Below, piece after piece: positions 9,601 to 12,375 of a stretch of 12,375 nucleotides of DNA. The position numbers were made by a program, and so were the translations under genes. The stretch covers positions 1 through 12,375 of the forward strand of contig BAAFSQ010000291.1 in assembly GCA_054661495.1 (NCBI GenBank), in the 5' to 3' direction. The notes beneath the pieces were generated by a model. It was given only the letters and a program-made list of their open reading frames with translations. It had not been told where the DNA came from and ran no database searches. This DNA comes from Zygophlyctis sp. KS116 (taxonomy: Eukaryota; Fungi; Chytridiomycota). Each line of letters opens with the position of its first letter. Position 1 is the stretch's first letter.

Positions 9601-10651
9601 AAGTAGTTTTGAGAGGTATTAGCTTGATTATCAGATTTTAAAAACGAGGTTTTTCTTGGTTCTTCCAATGAAATCATAAATTTAGACTCTAAATTCAACT
9701 GACTTTCATGCAAAACTTTTTGGAAAGTCAGCGCAAAGTATAGATTCATCAGCATCAAAGAGATAAAATAATACCATTCATAAAAACGGACTGAAATATT
9801 ATCTGTTATCGGACAAATTCCAATTGAAAACATGACAGATAAAATACTATAAATGATTGTAAAAAAGGATATTGATCTGTTAAATAGAAAAATCTATGAT
9901 TTAGTTTGAGAAATATACATTATAGTCTACAAAATTTGTATCTGTAATCAATACAGAAAACAAAAAACTAGACAATGCAATCAGAAATCTAAAGACATTC
10001 ATAATATCTAAAACGATCAATGAAACTTTTCCTAGAGTATAACTAGAATCCGATGAGCTTCCAACATATGACCCGATTGCTATTAGATAAACTGCAGCTG
10101 GTAGTATAATAATCCATGCTAATTTTTGAATTTTAAATCTAATCTCTTCCGATTCCATCCACAATCTATCATAAAAGCATTATATAGTTACCTTATTACA
10201 ATCACAGATGTCACAATCTGTATGAGATACAATAATACTTCAGAGACTGCAGAGAGAAAAATATAAATTTGAGAGTTAACCGTGTATAATACAAAACCTG
10301 AAATCCATGAAATCGAAAATAAAATTGCTGATGAGTGAAGTATTAAATGCATTTTTTGATAATCATTGAATGAAATCCAATCTAAAGATCCAACCATATT
10401 CCTATAAAATAACGCAACCTTGATTAATGATGCGATTGCAAATAATAACCCAAAAACAGCAAGTAGTAAATGACCGTTTGAGTATCCAATCTTTTCTTTA
10501 ATACTTTGAGCAATACCTGGGCAGAATATAATATATAACCGCGCATAGAGTCATGAGTAAAAAATCCAGAGACTGGACAACTTGATGATAACTGTACATC
10601 TTCAGTTGATAAAGCAAACTGACAAAATTCTAGAGTTAGATTTTGCCGCAT
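3696..10651 (-). CDS. Giant polytopic membrane protein, ~2283 aa; complement(join(3696..8522,8550..9893,9919..10165,10192..10490,10517..10651)); alternative start at 10546
   Basis: Five track ORFs are joined by four 25-27 nt GTA..AG introns, each frame-consistent, giving 6852 nt (2283 aa plus TAA). About 47 hydrophobic helices by eye. The start codon is uncertain. Confidence 0.82.
4227..7913 (-). repeat. Eight degenerate tandem 4-TM protein repeats, arranged as 4 pairs
   Basis: TM1 cores: ALTGWVIFAVG, SLVGWILAVVS, ALICWTVFLSG, TLLGTILITIG, YIWSYFIFIVS, SLAGWILFVIG, YLVGIIITLSG, LACAWLLAIVA. They lie at residues ~217, 344, 525, 654, 836, 964, 1117 and 1251 of ORF 3696..8522. Each unit's TM4 shows an hhhG[SAGC]hhxhh pattern. 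Confidence 0.7.
8523..8549 (-). other. Spliceosomal intron, 27 nt, containing in-frame TAA and TAG
   Basis: gtaagaaaaattattcgataatattag, with a strong GTAAG donor. Joins SLGS|VFCM. Confidence 0.88.
9894..9918 (-). other. Spliceosomal intron, 25 nt
   Basis: gtatatttctcaaactaaatcatag, with a ctaaa branch-like motif. Joins VDYN|IFLF and continues in frame into ORF 8529..9833. Confidence 0.85.
10166..10191 (-). other. Spliceosomal intron, 26 nt
   Basis: gtaactatataatgcttttatgatag. Joins VIVIR|LWMESE. Confidence 0.83.
10491..10516 (-). other. Spliceosomal intron, 26 nt (AAG acceptor)
   Basis: CAG|gtattgctcaaagtattaaagaaaag|ATT. Joins YSAQ|IGYSNGHLLLAVFGLLF and adds a TM helix upstream of ORF 10188..10397. 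Confidence 0.7.
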
Positions 10652-10773
10652 TAAGTCGAATGTTACAACGGAAGTTAATAGCGTAGAACAACGCGCTGTG
10701 AGTTGTTGAGAATCTCTATATCTTGTTAAATTTCTAGTTTTATAAACCCATTACTAGATCTTCGTCTAAGGCA
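10652..10773. promoter_or_regulatory. Probable bidirectional promoter between divergent genes (122 bp)
   Basis: Positional only: lies between the head-to-head ATGs at 10651 (-) and 10774 (+). Confidence 0.4.
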
Positions 10774-11314
10774 ATGCAATCTCTAAAGAATTCCCTCCAT
10801 GATCTTATGCTATCTACTCCACAGCCTGGTATTTAGTATATCTAATCAGTAGTTGTTATCCTTACAACCATGCCTAGATCATCCGCTTCCTCTAGCAGAG
10901 GAATAACTCTGTCATCATTCAACTTTGTCTCTTTCAACCCACCGATCATTTCATTTTGCCTCAATAGACCATCAAGTACTCTTAATAATATTAAAAATAG
11001 GGACGCTGGATATCGTTTTAGAATCCAAGAATTTTGCGATAAACGTTTTGAATGGGGGAATGATCAAGGAAGCAATTCATTACTCAAATTCAAAAACACA
11101 ATCAGAATTTCCTTTCCCGATGGAAACCATTAAATTCAATGAAAAGGAATTTTTAATCTTTAGAAAATCTAATTCGTCATTGATATGTTCAATGCATTCA
11201 AGTAATAGTATTGGAGATCATGATGTGTTTTATGGGAATGTAGAGGAAATTGTCAAATTTAGGGACGCTATGCCTTTGTTATATTTCAAGTCTGAATTTC
11301 ATACTCTACCTTAA
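10774..11314 (+). CDS. Flavin reductase-like FMN-binding split-barrel protein, 163 aa; join(10774..10828,10853..10975,11001..11314)
   Basis: Spliced: MQSLKNSLHDLMLSTPQPVVILTT...RGITLSSFNFVSFNPPIISFCLNRPSRTLDIVLESKNFAINVL...LICSMHSSNSIGDHDVFYGNV...PLLYFKSEF. The GxTxSS/SxxPP, FAINVL, GDH and PLLY motifs of the flavin reductase family are all present. Confidence 0.9.
10829..10852 (+). other. Spliceosomal intron, 24 nt (21 nt if the upstream CAG is used), containing an in-frame TAG
   Basis: gtatttagtatatctaatcagtag, with a ctaat branch-like motif. Joins PQP|VVILTT. Confidence 0.85.
10976..11000 (+). other. Spliceosomal intron, 25 nt
   Basis: gtactcttaataatattaaaaatag. Switches from the frame of ORF 10870..11133 to that of ORF 10925..11314 (RPS|RTLD). 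Confidence 0.88.
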
Positions 11315-11482
11315 TTATGAAACAACTTTTAACAGAATTCTACCATTTCTTTGACAATCTGAATGTCCATTTATTCCAACTTCGATCTAAATTCACCTTT
11401 GAGACGCCGTCGCATGGCTTAAATGGCTGGCTGACATTGGCTTAGAATGGCACTGGACCGCAAGATAATCTTATCAAAAAAA

Positions 11483-12375
11483 ATGCAACCAAGCTCCTTG
11501 CTATACTTCTTATCTTTATCTGCATCTGTTCTTTCAGTCACAAATGATGACTTTTTTGCACTCGAGGTTAAACTTCAAGAATACATTGCAAGAAATCCTC
11601 AACGTCATATTCCTTTACTCGTCAGAAATAGTTTCCATGATCTATTTCTACAAGACACAGGAGGCCTACATGGATGCATCGTTCAGCCTGAATTCTTTGC
11701 CGATAAGGAGAATGGAGGCCTGGATGTTACCAACAATGATATTAAAAACATTGTTGAAACAAATTTCCCCAAAGCAGGATTCTCTTACGGTGATGTAGTT
11801 GCATTCGCCGGAAAAGTTGCAGTAGAATCCGCTTTACCTTGTGTAAACGTTGATTTCAAGTTCAACAGAGCTGCCTGCAACACAAAACCCAGGAACCGCA
11901 ATCGAGCACCATCTGCATTTTTTGATGAATTGAAAAAGTTTGATGATATGCTGGAGTATTTGGGAGGTAGTTTGACCGCTGAAGATATAGCGATTCTCTC
12001 TATGGGAGGCCATGGCATTCAGGGTGCTGCAGCTGGCCCATCGGGTTGGTTCGGAATATTCGCTACGGTTAACTCTGGAAAAGATTACATTGCAAAGACA
12101 TTCTCTTCGGTCTGGAAAGAGATCAAGGAAGGAACTAAGCTTCAATACTTCACTGGTGCGGCATTCGATCCAAAATCTAGTATTATCCGTCTTCCAACTG
12201 ATATGATTTTTTTCCCAAGTAAAGTTCCAAAAGAATCAAAGGCGGATGATAGTGCCGAGGCAAAAAATATTGAAAATACACTAAAGTCATTTATCAACCA
12301 GGATAGTAGTGTATTCGATGCGAAGTTTGCGCAAGTTTTTTCAAAAATGCTTTTGATAGGAGGAGGCGATCAAGT
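11483..12375 (+). CDS. Secreted heme peroxidase of the peroxidase-catalase (non-animal) superfamily; 3' end lies beyond the window
   Basis: Hand translation gives 297 uninterrupted codons that are absent from the track. It has a signal-like N-terminus MQPSSLLYFLSLSASVLS, distal LVRNSFHD (11624-11641), ENGGL, SYGDVVAFAGKVAVE, proximal GGHGI (His at 12011), RLPTD, and FDAKFAQVFSKMLLIG. Confidence 0.9.
   Translation, partial: MQPSSLLYFLSLSASVLSVTNDDFFALEVKLQEYIARNPQRHIPLLVRNSFHDLFLQDTGGLHGCIVQPEFFADKENGGLDVTNNDIKNIVETNFPKAGFSYGDVVAFAGKVAVESALPCVNVDFKFNRAACNTKPRNRNRAPSAFFDELKKFDDMLEYLGGSLTAEDIAILSMGGHGIQGAAAGPSGWFGIFATVNSGKDYIAKTFSSVWKEIKEGTKLQYFTGAAFDPKSSIIRLPTDMIFFPSKVPKESKADDSAEAKNIENTLKSFINQDSSVFDAKFAQVFSKMLLIGGGDQ

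Noticed and set aside
3696-10651. Giant protein as a Piezo, voltage-gated channel or ABC/MFS transporter
   Set aside because: There is no Piezo PFEW-type motif or C-terminal cap and pore module, no S4 RxxRxxR helix, no Walker motifs, and the repeat unit is 4 TM rather than 6.
3330-10852. TAA/TAG reassigned to a sense codon (ciliate- or aphelid-like code) to explain in-frame stops between collinear ORFs
   Set aside because: Each such stop lies inside a GTA..AG intron-like segment, all five complete genes end in TAA, and the 4.8-kb exon has no internal TAA or TAG.
573-11133. Programmed frameshifts or pseudogenes at overlapping ORF pairs (358/573 and 10870/10925)
   Set aside because: Introns of 26 and 25 nt explain the frame changes exactly and restore conserved motifs.
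11544-12206. Track ORFs 11544..11798, 11785..12018, 11834..12145 and 12012..12206
   Set aside because: They overlap the peroxidase frame starting at 11483, which carries clear catalytic motifs.
1-12375. Prokaryotic or viral origin, CRISPR arrays, tRNA/rRNA genes, transposons
   Set aside because: Spliceosomal introns and PEX16 indicate a eukaryotic nuclear genome. I saw no repeat-spacer arrays, structural RNA signatures, terminal repeats or transposase/RT motifs.

Overview
AT-rich, very gene-dense eukaryotic DNA, most consistent with an early-diverging (chytrid-like) fungus using the standard genetic code. The ORF track is fragmented because the genes are split by very small spliceosomal introns: I traced 12 by hand, all GTA...AG and 24-29 nt long. 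After splicing, the window holds PEX16 (+), a choline-phosphate cytidylyltransferase (-), a conserved-looking hypothetical membrane-anchored protein (-), one giant ~2283-aa polytopic membrane protein (-), a flavin reductase-like protein (+) and a secreted heme peroxidase (+). The peroxidase runs off the window end and is missing from the ORF track. The standout is the giant protein, with about 47 helices counted by eye. Its apparent layout is an N-terminal 7-TM receptor-like block, a second 7-TM block, an extracellular degenerate GDPD-like barrel, one TM, eight tandem 4-TM repeats arranged as four pairs, and a disordered tail. All family assignments come from motif recognition by eye; no searches were run.
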